Shown: piece by piece, positions 31,008 to 41,189 of the stretch
Position numbering within the stretch: position 1 is the first letter of the stretch
Layout: the number at the start of each line of letters is the position of its first letter
DNA from: a bacterium
GTDB lineage: Bacteria; Hinthialibacterota; Hinthialibacteria; Hinthialibacterales; Hinthialibacteraceae
Length of the DNA: 64,000 bases
Direction of reading: 5' to 3'
NCBI GenBank assembly: GCA_963663405.2
Contig: CAXXSM010000118.1
Span: 64,001-128,000, forward strand
Program-made: the position numbers and the translations under genes
Notes under the pieces: generated by a model
Told to the model about the DNA's origin: nothing
What the model saw: the letters and a program-made list of their open reading frames with translations, nothing else
Databases searched by the model: none

Positions 31008-32099
31008 TTAATCCAATCCAGCCGCTTTCACAATTTTATCTACATCCGCTTCCACTGCTGATATGGGAGCGATGTCAAAGATCTTCCATTTTTCTACGTG
31101 GGTGACGGATTTTTCCGGGGTGAGTTTTACCATTGGGCCGATGGATTCGATTTCGAAGATCTCTTCGTTGGTGAAGATCTCGACCGAGCAGCCGAAGTCG
31201 GGATAGGTGGATTCATCGTGGTAAGCCACATATTTCACGAAGAGCTGATCCTTCAGCGCGTAACCCGCCCAGCCTCCGGTATAGGAGAATCCGAGTTTGA
31301 ATTTCACAGAGTTGTTTGGATCTTGCTGAACCGCGATGTATTTATCCATGAATTTTAATCGTGGATCGGTCAGGTCGGTGTAACTCCAAAGGGAAAGACT
31401 GCGGACCGGCAGAAAATGCCCCGGTCCATGCGGGGCATATGGCGCATTGGAAAAAATTCCTACTCCGCCTTGGTTCATGACCGTCAGCACCCACGGCGCG
31501 ATTTCAAGCGTTTTCACGCCACAGTTGGTCAGTTTATGAGTCAAAGTAACCAGGCCGTCTTCATCCATCGAGATATGCATCTCTTTGCGCAGTTCCAGAG
31601 CGCCGTGGAAATTGTAATCCTCAAGTTTCGCTTCAATCGCTTCTTGCGTTCCCAATTCATTGCGTAATTCAACGTCAACCACTTCTGGAGCCGCGACTAA
31701 AGAGAGCGTGTTCCCTTTTACTTCCGCGCGCACGGGGATATTGTCAGGTAGATAGGTTCCGATTGGATCTTCCGGCGCTCTCCACAGGCGGTGGCCGCCG
31801 TACGCGACCCATTCGTCGCCGCCGGTCTGTCCAACGGTCTTCTCATCCACGTACAGAATGTTGCCTTTTCCCTTTTTAGCGAAGTAGAGAACCCGCGGCC
31901 CAATCTCCGCTACGACAACCATTTCTACGTCGCCGTTGGTGATCCGGTAGCACTCATCCCAGCCTTTAAACGATGTCTTTTCAATGTTCACGGTATCCGC
32001 TCCTGCCGGTATGGCTGTAGTGACGACGATCGTGGCGCAGAGAACGCCCACCGCCAATACGCTTACCCAATCTCTCATTCTGGAATCAATTCGTTTCAT
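31008..32099 (-). CDS. Secreted DUF4380 / galactose-mutarotase-like protein
   Basis: Signal peptide, GPRVL, YGGHRLW.APE, YPDFGCSVEIFT and EIESIGP motifs. Confidence 0.7.
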   Translation of the reverse strand: MKRIDSRMRDWVSVLAVGVLCATIVVTTAIPAGADTVNIEKTSFKGWDECYRITNGDVEMVVVAEIGPRVLYFAKKGKGNILYVDEKTVGQTGGDEWVAYGGHRLWRAPEDPIGTYLPDNIPVRAEVKGNTLSLVAAPEVVDVELRNELGTQEAIEAKLEDYNFHGALELRKEMHISMDEDGLVTLTHKLTNCGVKTLEIAPWVLTVMNQGGVGIFSNAPYAPHGPGHFLPVRSLSLWSYTDLTDPRLKFMDKYIAVQQDPNNSVKFKLGFSYTGGWAGYALKDQLFVKYVAYHDESTYPDFGCSVEIFTNEEIFEIESIGPMVKLTPEKSVTHVEKWKIFDIAPISAVEADVDKIVKAAGLD

Positions 32100-32214
32100 G
32101 GTTTAACTCCATTTCCGATTCGCATAAGGTTAGATTTACGAATTTTCTATTTTCGCACAAATTTAATCAAAATTCGATAGTCAGCGATGGATTTTGAGAG
32201 AATTTTTTTTAATC

Positions 32215-32656
32215 ATTGTCTGAACCATGATTTACCTGATTTACTTGATTTCTTGATTGTGGATCATGGCAATCATAGAATCCTTCGAATCATGGTTCAG
32301 ACGAGTAAGCCATTTTGAAAAAAACATAAATACTCCCATTTTCTTTTACTCAATTGCGGGATGATTCGGAAAATGAGGTTCTTCCGGCAAGTGAGTACGT
32401 TTCTCAACAAACCATTCACTTATTGAGTGAAATTGTGAAGCCCAGCGCTGTTATGCAGGATTCTTATTGTCTGAACCTTGATTAAAAAGCCAGCCAGCTG
32501 GCGCTATCTTACTTGATTCGCTTGATTTTCCTGATTTTTAAATCATGGTAATCCTATAATCCTCTGAATCATGGTTCAGACACTTAAATCATTTTGAAAA
32601 AAAAACATAAATACCCCAATTTTCATTACTCAATTGCGGGATGATTCGGAAAATGA
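32215..32656. repeat. Two diverged copies of a 160-190 bp unit, each with a long palindromic hairpin
   Basis: TGTCTGAACC(A/T)TGATT...AATCATGGTTCAGAC at 32217-32302 and 32468-32582. Each is followed by CATTTTGAAAA...TTACTCAATTGCGGGATGATTCGGAAAATGA. Confidence 0.85.
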
Positions 32657-32760
32657 TATACCCATAGATTCAGATATTGAAAACCATAAGATATACAGAC
32701 ACGTCTGAGTTTCGTCTACGAACTCGGCGCCATTCTATCTAGATCGCATATATGGAAATC

Positions 32761-34437
32761 ATGATGAAAGTCATTCACAGTTTAATTCTTCTATTTTTGA
32801 TCCCATTAATCGGGTTTGCCAAAAGTTATGCGCCACCTGCGCTTTACGGTACGGACGCTCTTGGAAGGACGATGCCGTACGAATCAGAGTTAAGCGAATG
32901 TAAGGAAGACCGCTACATCGGGATCTTTTATTTTCTCTGGCTTGAATTAAATCATGTATACGATAACTCACAAATTCTCAAAGAGAATCCACAAGCGGTC
33001 ATGACGAATTCTTCTCCACCGTGGGGACCGGTTAACGCATTCCACTTTTGGGGGGAACCGATGTTTGGATATTATCGCAGTGACGATCCCTGGATTTTGC
33101 GGAGACACGCGATCCTGCTATCCGACGCGGGAGTGGATTTCCTGGTCTTCGATACAACCAATAGTGTGATCTATGAGAACGTGGTCACTCAACTTTGCAA
33201 GGTTTTTGAAGAGCAGCGCCAATTCGGTGAACACACGCCACAGATTGCATTCATGGTCAATACACAAGCGGGTGAAACGGCGCAAAAGATTTACGAATTA
33301 CTCTATAAACCCGGTCTCTATTCCGAACTCTGGTTCCAGTGGAAAGGAAAACCGCTTTTAATCTGCGATCCAGAAAAAGCGACAAACGAGATTGCGGAAT
33401 TCTTCACGCTTCGCAAAGCCCACTGGCCATTTACTCTTGTCAATACTAAAAATGAATGGCATTGGGAAGCCACATATCCTCAAGTGTATTCATACAACGA
33501 AGATCCATCCATACCAGAGCAGGTCAATGTTTCAGTAGGACAAAATCTCCATCAAGACAGCGGTAAGGTAGAAATGATGAGCACAGGAAAAGCGCGTGGC
33601 CGCAGCTTTCATAACGGGAGAGTCGATGTCCGGCCTGGAGCGTATCAATATGGATTTAATGTTGAAGAACAATGGCGCCGCGCCTATGAACTCGATCCTG
33701 AAGTGGTGTTTATCACCGGTTGGAATGAATGGATCGCCATGCAGTTGAATACAAAAGAGGGTGCAGCGATTTTTTGTGATCAGTACAATCTTGAATTCAG
33801 CCGTGATGTCGAAATGATGAAAAACGGCTATGGAGATAACTACTATATGCAGATGGCGGCCAACATACGGCGATTTAAAGGAATGAAAAAACAATCCATC
33901 CATCCCAAAAAGGCGGAATACAAGGATCATGCGCTCGATACGCTGCCCCGCGAGTATCCTGGCTGTGGTGATTATCACTATAACGTTCATTCCGGCCGCA
34001 ATGATTTCCGCGTTTTGCAAGTCACTCAAGACGATGAGAAACTCTATTTTCTAGCCCGGACCGCAGATAACATCACACCATATACCGATCCCAATTGGAT
34101 GTGGCTGTTCATTGATATCAGAAATCACAGTATGCCGGATTGGGAAGGATTTAATTTCCTGGTAAACCGTCATGTTGTAAATCAATCCGAAACCACGTTG
34201 GAAATCTGTGTAGGCGGCTGGAATTGGAAGGCGATAGGTAACGTATCTTATCGAGTGAAAGAGAATGAGATGCGGATTGAAATCCCCAAGAAATTGCTGG
34301 GTATCGAAGACGATTCCTTTGCGCTCGAATTTAAGTGGATTGACAACACACAGAAACCTGGTGATATTTTGGACGTTTACACCAACGGTGACACCGCGCC
34401 AGAAGGCCGTTTTCGATATCGATACGTCTCTGAATAA
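32761..34437 (+). CDS. Secreted glycoside hydrolase-like protein (GH99/GH71-like barrel) with a C-terminal beta domain
   Basis: Signal peptide, GIFYFLW, HFWGEPMFGYY.SDD, AGVDFLVFD.TN and FITGWNEW motifs. Confidence 0.65.
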   Translation: MMKVIHSLILLFLIPLIGFAKSYAPPALYGTDALGRTMPYESELSECKEDRYIGIFYFLWLELNHVYDNSQILKENPQAVMTNSSPPWGPVNAFHFWGEPMFGYYRSDDPWILRRHAILLSDAGVDFLVFDTTNSVIYENVVTQLCKVFEEQRQFGEHTPQIAFMVNTQAGETAQKIYELLYKPGLYSELWFQWKGKPLLICDPEKATNEIAEFFTLRKAHWPFTLVNTKNEWHWEATYPQVYSYNEDPSIPEQVNVSVGQNLHQDSGKVEMMSTGKARGRSFHNGRVDVRPGAYQYGFNVEEQWRRAYELDPEVVFITGWNEWIAMQLNTKEGAAIFCDQYNLEFSRDVEMMKNGYGDNYYMQMAANIRRFKGMKKQSIHPKKAEYKDHALDTLPREYPGCGDYHYNVHSGRNDFRVLQVTQDDEKLYFLARTADNITPYTDPNWMWLFIDIRNHSMPDWEGFNFLVNRHVVNQSETTLEICVGGWNWKAIGNVSYRVKENEMRIEIPKKLLGIEDDSFALEFKWIDNTQKPGDILDVYTNGDTAPEGRFRYRYVSE

Positions 34438-34504
34438 AATCCCGTTGGCAGTGAATCATATGCTTTCGCCGAAAGATAATAATAAAAATATAGAGGAGAA
34501 ACAG

Positions 34505-35200
34505 ATGACCGACGAACGAATAAATCGCCGTCAAATGAGCGGTCTGCTTGGAACCGGAATTACAGCGGTTGGTTTGGCCGCTTCCAGCGCCTACGCCGAT
34601 GAGAAAAATGGAGCTAAGAAAGCCGGCAAAGTGCTGATGCCGATTGGGGACGCTACCGAGGCGATGGATACGCTATACCCTTTCTTCCGGCTTGCTGAGG
34701 AGGAATTCGAAGTGGTTGTCGCCGGTCCAGAAGCGAGATTGTATCACATGGTCTTACACGAAGTCCCGCCCAACAGCGATGTGCCTTGGGATCTGACACA
34801 GGAAACGCCTGGCTACCACATCGAGGCGAAGATCGCCTTCAAGGATGTAAGGCCTGAGGAATACGCCGGTCTGTTCCTTTCCGGTGGACGCGCGCCGGAA
34901 TATATCCGTTATGACAAAGACCTGATGAGGATTACAAAATACTTTGTGGAAAAGAACAAGCCCATCGCGGTTGTCTGCCATGGGATTGAGATTATCGCCG
35001 CGGCTGGCGGACTTAAAAACGGCCGCCGCGCCACAACTGTAGGGAAATGCGCGTTGGATATCACCCAGACCGGCGGTGTGTATGTGAACAAGCCTTGCGT
35101 TGTTGACGGAAATCTTGTAAGCGCTTCCACATGGCACGACTATGGAACGCCGTTCTTTAAGATCTTCATTGAGATGATGCGGAAGTCTACTAAGAATTGA
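34505..35200 (+). CDS. DJ-1/PfpI family protein with Tat-like leader
   Basis: INRRQM leader after a GAGGAG RBS, GDATEAMD, LSGGRAPEYIR and VCHG catalytic motifs. Confidence 0.88.
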   Translation: MTDERINRRQMSGLLGTGITAVGLAASSAYADEKNGAKKAGKVLMPIGDATEAMDTLYPFFRLAEEEFEVVVAGPEARLYHMVLHEVPPNSDVPWDLTQETPGYHIEAKIAFKDVRPEEYAGLFLSGGRAPEYIRYDKDLMRITKYFVEKNKPIAVVCHGIEIIAAAGGLKNGRRATTVGKCALDITQTGGVYVNKPCVVDGNLVSASTWHDYGTPFFKIFIEMMRKSTKN

Positions 35201-35243
35201 AATCCTTCGCAGTAAATAGTCCGGAAAATTTGATAATCAAAAC

Positions 35244-37874
35244 ATGAAAACCTATTTTTACATTCTCACAATCCTCTTAACCATAGCGTATTCCACAGCC
35301 AGTCAGCCTGAATCATACACACGGCATATGGGATTAAACATCATCCTTGGGGAACAAGCTGGACGAGTGGAACAGAACGCGGGGGAGCTGTTGCGTGAAC
35401 GTGTTTTGGAAATGTGTGACGTTACCGTCAATTTGACGCATGATGAAGCCGCATGGAAGAAGCAAGAAGATTTTCTGACAATTCTACTCGGACGGCCGGA
35501 TCACCACCAGCGAATCCGTGAACTATTCGACCGAAATAGGATCAAATATCCCGGCGCTGGCGATCCTGGTACAGAAGGATTTCTTTTAATTCGGTCTCCG
35601 GATATAGAGGATGGTATTGTAATTGCCGCGGGTGTGGATGACCGGGGCGTCGTCTATGGTGTGGGGGAGATCCTGCGGCGGATGGATTGTGATGATTCCC
35701 GTTTCGATTTTCCTTCCAGCCTTCGTATTCGCACCGCTCCCGCGTTTGAGATACGCGGTACACAGTTCGATCAAGGCGGTAAAATGCTCACACTGACCGG
35801 CGCGCGATGGTGGACATTCGAAGAACAAAAACGGGTGATCCTTGATTACATGTTAGCGGGAGCCAATACATTCAACGTTAGCGTTGGTCTCAAACCGGAC
35901 GATCCACTGTTTCAATTGTTTAAAGACTTCGATCTAAAAACCATCGTTCACTACAGCGCCAACGCCGGATCGGGAAAACCGGAATGGGAAGCCCGCGAGT
36001 CCATTGGCCGCCGCGGTTATTTATGCCCCTCAATTCCCGAAGCGCGTAAAAGCCTGCTTCAGCAATGCGAAAACGCATTTAAGAACAGCGTCTCATTTGA
36101 TTATGTCCGTTTCCCCGCTGGAGACGGCGGCGGGTGCGAGTGCGATCGCTGCGATCCGTATGGCCGGACGTTAATGCTTTTATGCGAAGACTACGCTAAA
36201 ATTATTCAACGCTACCATCCCGATACAGAAATCTTTGTCACAAACCAAAAACTTGATAACGATGATGATTTGGCGATATTTGAATATCTAAATGAAGAAC
36301 CACGATCGTGGCTGCGCGCTCTTTGTTACGGACCCGGTTCAGACGCGATGACCTGGCAACAGGGACGGCGGCAAACTCACCGGATGGATCTGTTCCGCTA
36401 TCCGGGATTCGGCCCCTTCGACCGTTATTTGCGCGAGATCCTGCATCAACTGCCGCCACAGCAGTCCATTGTTTTTTATAATGAATTGACCCATTGGTAT
36501 TACTCACAATATGGTTACGTTCATAAACAACCGCCACCCGATAGGGATGGAAATAGGCCACCGCATTGGGGGCATTTCATCTACGAACGGCATCCCGATC
36601 CATTCTTGGTAATGGTCTACGAAAGACAAACCTTTTTCGCTTGGCCGCGTTTTTACCATTATGTATTCAATGAAACAATGCGCTATGGCATCGGTGATGT
36701 CACGCACTCCAGCGGCCATCACGATCATTTCAATCAATGGATGTGGATGCGGCTGCTCTGGGCGCCACATACCAGCGTAGAAGATGTTGTTTATGAATAC
36801 GCCAAAACTTGGTTTGGCCGTGATGCGGCGCCGCTGATGACAAAGGCCATTTTCCAGTTAGAACAAAATCTTGAAGATCCTCTGCTGACCAACACGGGAA
36901 TTGATGATTATTATCTTTGGGTGAAAAAAGCAGGTTGGAGAATACCACATGGCATGTTTCAAAAGAGCTGGCTCTGGCGGCAATACATGCAGAAGGCTGC
37001 GCTGGATAAATACATTCAACTCGAAGGCCGCTCACAAGTTAAATTGAAAGAGAAAATCGAAAAACATATCGCCGCCGCAATGGAACGCGGCGAAACAGAC
37101 CATGCGATACAAGAGGCGCTGGCTTGGTTTGATGAACGCAAAGAGACGGAGGAGATGCGCAGATTGCGTGATGAGGCTGGCCGTTTGGGGGAAGAAAGCG
37201 ATCGGCTTTTCGGTGTCCGTAACACAGGCTATTTTAATTTAACACATGATTTCATCGGCTTGGGCTGGTTGAAAAAACAATTATCAAAGGCCAGAGAGGC
37301 AACGGGTAAACAACGCGCTGAATTGCTTGAACGGATTGTCCGTTATGAAGATCCTGGTGAAGGCGGTTTTTATGATAACGCAGGCGCGCCGGGTGAAGCG
37401 CCTCATATGATTGTTGGTACACAGTTTGATCATGGACAGCCGTATTGGCCTGACGCGCTCTCTGAGAGCAACCGGCCCAGCCAGCGAATCATGGCGTTTA
37501 CCGCTCATGAAAGTCCAGGCGTTACGTTTGCGTACACGGATTTGGATACAGACGCCCACTACTGCGTCCGCCTATCTTTGGTTCGGCCCCGGTATCAGGA
37601 ACGCTACGCGATGCGCATGAATCAAAAACGCCAATCCATTTACGCTGACGATTTTCCACTCGCGATTAATCTAGAAATCCCGGAATATGAAAGTGAATTC
37701 TTCGAATTTGATATTCCACCATCCGCAACCAACGATGGGCGTCTAACAATCCGCTTCGAAAAAGATCCAGACGTTCCTGGAGGGGATTGGATCGACACAC
37801 AAATCTGGCGCAACTGCGGGGGTTGGGGAACACTGGTTTCCGAAATATGGTTAATAAAAAATCCCGCTAAATAA
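35244..37874 (+). CDS. Large secreted glycoside-hydrolase-like protein (GH20/GH67-type N-terminal domain, uncharacterised barrel, malectin-like C-terminus)
   Basis: Signal peptide, EGF...IAAGVDDRGVVYGVGEILR...PAFEIRG, GDGGGCECDRC and C-terminal FDIP..AT.DGRLTIRF...VSEIWL motifs. Confidence 0.6.
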   Translation: MKTYFYILTILLTIAYSTASQPESYTRHMGLNIILGEQAGRVEQNAGELLRERVLEMCDVTVNLTHDEAAWKKQEDFLTILLGRPDHHQRIRELFDRNRIKYPGAGDPGTEGFLLIRSPDIEDGIVIAAGVDDRGVVYGVGEILRRMDCDDSRFDFPSSLRIRTAPAFEIRGTQFDQGGKMLTLTGARWWTFEEQKRVILDYMLAGANTFNVSVGLKPDDPLFQLFKDFDLKTIVHYSANAGSGKPEWEARESIGRRGYLCPSIPEARKSLLQQCENAFKNSVSFDYVRFPAGDGGGCECDRCDPYGRTLMLLCEDYAKIIQRYHPDTEIFVTNQKLDNDDDLAIFEYLNEEPRSWLRALCYGPGSDAMTWQQGRRQTHRMDLFRYPGFGPFDRYLREILHQLPPQQSIVFYNELTHWYYSQYGYVHKQPPPDRDGNRPPHWGHFIYERHPDPFLVMVYERQTFFAWPRFYHYVFNETMRYGIGDVTHSSGHHDHFNQWMWMRLLWAPHTSVEDVVYEYAKTWFGRDAAPLMTKAIFQLEQNLEDPLLTNTGIDDYYLWVKKAGWRIPHGMFQKSWLWRQYMQKAALDKYIQLEGRSQVKLKEKIEKHIAAAMERGETDHAIQEALAWFDERKETEEMRRLRDEAGRLGEESDRLFGVRNTGYFNLTHDFIGLGWLKKQLSKAREATGKQRAELLERIVRYEDPGEGGFYDNAGAPGEAPHMIVGTQFDHGQPYWPDALSESNRPSQRIMAFTAHESPGVTFAYTDLDTDAHYCVRLSLVRPRYQERYAMRMNQKRQSIYADDFPLAINLEIPEYESEFFEFDIPPSATNDGRLTIRFEKDPDVPGGDWIDTQIWRNCGGWGTLVSEIWLIKNPAK

Positions 37875-38031
37875 AGAGAATCAGGATATTTTCAATAGTC
37901 AAAATTTATCCCTGGTGGATGTGATAATCAAAACAGCGGAACACTCTCTTAGGCTGTCCTTGATAAGACGTCAATAACGTAAGACAATACATCAAACACG
38001 TCATTCATTTTATAACTTGGAGGTCATTGCA

Positions 38032-39465
38032 ATGTGTGAACAATGTACGCGGCGAGGATTCTTGGCAACGGGATTAACGAGTGGAGTGATGCTTACCGGC
38101 GCCTCTTGGAAGGACGCGTGGGCATCGCAGTCGCCGCCCCCTCAGCAACAAGGCAAGATACGAATTTGCGTCATTATTACCGGCGAGCCTGCGCCCGAAG
38201 ACCGGGATTGGGGAGTGGGCGCATCGAAGGTCGAGGCCATGAAAGCCCACTTGGCCAAAGTGGAAAAAGAGTTGGGTAATATTGAATTAATCGTAGGACA
38301 ATCGAGAAGTCCAGAGCAAACGGCGGAATTGTTGGAAAAGGCGGGGCCGGAAGCGCCTGTCCTAACGATCAACGTGCGAAATTTCGCTTTAACAAGAGTC
38401 GTGAAACCGATACTAGATGCGGAGCGCCCCATGGCGGTATTCTCACTGCCGGCCAGCGGTCACGATTGGATGTACGCTCCCCGGTGGCATCGGCAGGGAC
38501 ATCGCGTGACTCTTCTTGCGAGCCGTGACTTTTACGAACTGGAACGCGCCCTTCGTCTGCTGCGTGTCATTCCCATGATGCGGCGGACTCGAATCCTCCT
38601 CTTTCCACCGGCTCGAGGCACAGCGCCCGCCCAATCCCCGAAGGAAGTTAAAAAGCGTTTAGGGGCTGATGTCGTGGCTGTTGAAGAGAAGGCTTTTGAC
38701 GAAATGATCGCCGCCGCGGATGACAAAGCAGTTAAAGATGAGGCCAACTGGTGGACAAAGAACGCGAAGAAGATCATCGAGCCGAATGAAGAGGATATCA
38801 TGAAAGCCGCCCGTGTCAGCATAGCGATCCAAGATCTCGTTGAAAAGGAACGGGCGCAAGGATTGGCTGTGGGCACGTGCATGGGCTGGTTGTCCAAAGG
38901 ATTTCCATGCTTGGGATTTACCCGCCTTCGCGACAATGGCCTACCTGCGGCATGCGAAGGGGATATGGACTCATTATTGACCATGATTCTATTCCAGTAC
39001 ATGATCGACCAGCCTGGTTTCCAAGGCAACGCCACCTTTGACACCTCCCGCAATGCTCTCTGGACAGCGCATTGCACGGCGCCTCTAAAGATGGACGGCA
39101 AAGATGGCAAAGAAGCGCCTTATCTTCTGCGTGGACATTCCGAGGTCGGTGGGAGTGGCTGTGTGCCTGAAGTTCAATACCGGCTTGGTGAGACCATCAC
39201 ACGAACCAAACTTGTCAACTTGGATACGATCCTCGCATCGACAGGCAAGATCATCGAAGTGCCGGAGAAATCAGTACATGCTTGCCGTACCCAGATCGTC
39301 ACTGAAGTTCGCGATGCGACGAAAATGGTTGCTAACTGGAGCAGCGTTCTTGAGACGGAAGACGCTATGACCTTGCTGCACCGTGTTGTATTCTACGGTG
39401 ATCACATGGATAGCGTCTATCACATCTCCCGGTTAATGGGCATGAAAGTCGTCGAGGAATGTTGA
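38032..39465 (+). CDS. L-fucose/L-arabinose isomerase-like protein with Tat leader
   Basis: TRRGFL leader, PCLGFTRL.D.G.PAACEGD, AHCTAP, HSE, CRTQI and HRVVFYGDH motifs. Confidence 0.75.
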   Translation: MCEQCTRRGFLATGLTSGVMLTGASWKDAWASQSPPPQQQGKIRICVIITGEPAPEDRDWGVGASKVEAMKAHLAKVEKELGNIELIVGQSRSPEQTAELLEKAGPEAPVLTINVRNFALTRVVKPILDAERPMAVFSLPASGHDWMYAPRWHRQGHRVTLLASRDFYELERALRLLRVIPMMRRTRILLFPPARGTAPAQSPKEVKKRLGADVVAVEEKAFDEMIAAADDKAVKDEANWWTKNAKKIIEPNEEDIMKAARVSIAIQDLVEKERAQGLAVGTCMGWLSKGFPCLGFTRLRDNGLPAACEGDMDSLLTMILFQYMIDQPGFQGNATFDTSRNALWTAHCTAPLKMDGKDGKEAPYLLRGHSEVGGSGCVPEVQYRLGETITRTKLVNLDTILASTGKIIEVPEKSVHACRTQIVTEVRDATKMVANWSSVLETEDAMTLLHRVVFYGDHMDSVYHISRLMGMKVVEEC

Positions 39466-39527
39466 ACGATTAGCAACACTATGCTGTCAGTGTGTAATCC
39501 ATCGCCTCAAGAACGGTAACGTGTTTC

Positions 39528-41033
39528 CTATAATTCCCACCCTTTCCGGTAATTCCGGTAGAGATATTGATTCGCTTCAGAAGAATTCGTAATTTTCATC
39601 TTTTCGCTATCGAATTTCACTTTTGTCCCTGCGCGCAGCGCGACGGTTCCCAAATTCACGGTATCCGTAATCGACGCCGCATTTAAGAAGTTTCCGGGGG
39701 AAGGTTCTCCACCTTGGCAGGCGCGAATCCAATGTTCGTATCGCTTACCGCTTCGGGCTTTTTTTCTTGCGTCTTCGTCTATTGGAAGCGGTTCCATTTT
39801 CCCGTTTGCGAACAATTGCGGTTTCTCTCCGTGGAAACTCGCCATGATTGCGCCCTCCTCTCCAATGAACAAAATTCCCTCTTTATCCATTGTGATATCG
39901 TGCGCTTCGATTTCATGGGGCAGTCGTGGTTTCATCCCCCCATCGTACCAGAACAGATCCAATTCTGGACGATCGTCACTTGCGGCAAAGTGGAAGCGGA
40001 GAGAGCAAGCGATTGGATAGGAGAAGTTATTTTCAACGGTCTTACTTACATGATCTTGAATAAAACAGGTATGCGTCGCCCAGGCCTGCGCGCTTACGGC
40101 TGAATCCAGATTTAATGCGGCAAAGACCGGCCAGAGGCTATAGATCCCCATATCGGCCATGGAACCACCACCGAAGTCGTACCATCCCCGAAAAACCGTA
40201 TGTGTGTAATGAGGATGATAGGGCCGATCTTGTTCGGGTCCGAGCCAGAGATCCCAATCGAATCCATCGGGAACTGGAGGCCGGTCTTTTGGGATCTCCG
40301 TATACTGCGGCCAGACCGGCCGATTCGACCAGTTATGGATTTCACGCAGTTTTCCAATCACGCCTTGCTTAATGCTCTCCACAATCATCTCATTTCCGGT
40401 TCCACTGCCATAAGCCAGCAGATGTGTGGCTCGTTTCGTTTGGCGCGCCGCTTCCATTACCAATCGTCCCTCATACAACCGGTTGGCGATGGGTTTATGC
40501 ACCAAAACATGCTTCCCCTTCCTCATCGCCGCGATTGCTATCGTCGCATGCAGGTGATCAGGCGTCATGATCTTAACCGCATCCACTTCCTTTTCATTTT
40601 CCAACAGATCACGAAAATCGGCGTAGGCGGCGCATCCGGAATAATTCTCTTTGCTCCGGTTGTTCGCGTAGTATGTATTCACCACTTCCCGGCCAATCTC
40701 CCGGCCTCCAGGACAGCCGCTCTTCCCTTCCCCCCAGGAAGGTTGGCTTAGATATTTCCGAATTCTGTTACGCATGCTATTTTTGCCCCATTCGACATAG
40801 TCGCTGCTTTCCTTGTTCGGATCGCAGACTGCAACGATTTGAAATTGTGGATCCTCAAGTAAACCACCCAGCTCGTTAAATCCTTGGGTTCCCATACCAA
40901 TGTGAGCTAAGGTAATCTTATCGTTTGGAGAGACGTACCCACTTCCCCCCAAGACAGGCCGGGCCACAATTGTCAGAGCTCCTGTTGAAACAGCCGAACC
41001 TAAAAACCTGCGTCGATTAACCTGTTTTGTCAT
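39528..41033 (-). CDS. Gfo/Idh/MocA family oxidoreductase with Tat signal
   Basis: NRRRFLG leader, IGMGTQG, TPDHLHA, GKHVLVHKP, DWDLWLGP and FRGWYDFGGG.MADMG motifs. Confidence 0.9.
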   Translation of the reverse strand: MTKQVNRRRFLGSAVSTGALTIVARPVLGGSGYVSPNDKITLAHIGMGTQGFNELGGLLEDPQFQIVAVCDPNKESSDYVEWGKNSMRNRIRKYLSQPSWGEGKSGCPGGREIGREVVNTYYANNRSKENYSGCAAYADFRDLLENEKEVDAVKIMTPDHLHATIAIAAMRKGKHVLVHKPIANRLYEGRLVMEAARQTKRATHLLAYGSGTGNEMIVESIKQGVIGKLREIHNWSNRPVWPQYTEIPKDRPPVPDGFDWDLWLGPEQDRPYHPHYTHTVFRGWYDFGGGSMADMGIYSLWPVFAALNLDSAVSAQAWATHTCFIQDHVSKTVENNFSYPIACSLRFHFAASDDRPELDLFWYDGGMKPRLPHEIEAHDITMDKEGILFIGEEGAIMASFHGEKPQLFANGKMEPLPIDEDARKKARSGKRYEHWIRACQGGEPSPGNFLNAASITDTVNLGTVALRAGTKVKFDSEKMKITNSSEANQYLYRNYRKGWEL

Positions 41034-41189
41034 CGGAATACTCCTCTATTAGATCTATTTTTCCATTATTATTTGTAACCGTTTTTTATTCCAACAAGTA
41101 AACGAAGTTTTTCAAACCCGCTCACTCATAGGATCTGTTCATCAATTCCTGCATAGATACAAAAAAAGTGTATGACGCTTCACGTTGAT

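Noticed and set aside
32215-32656. Possible CRISPR array or riboswitch
   Set aside because: Two long diverged units only, with no recognisable riboswitch consensus.
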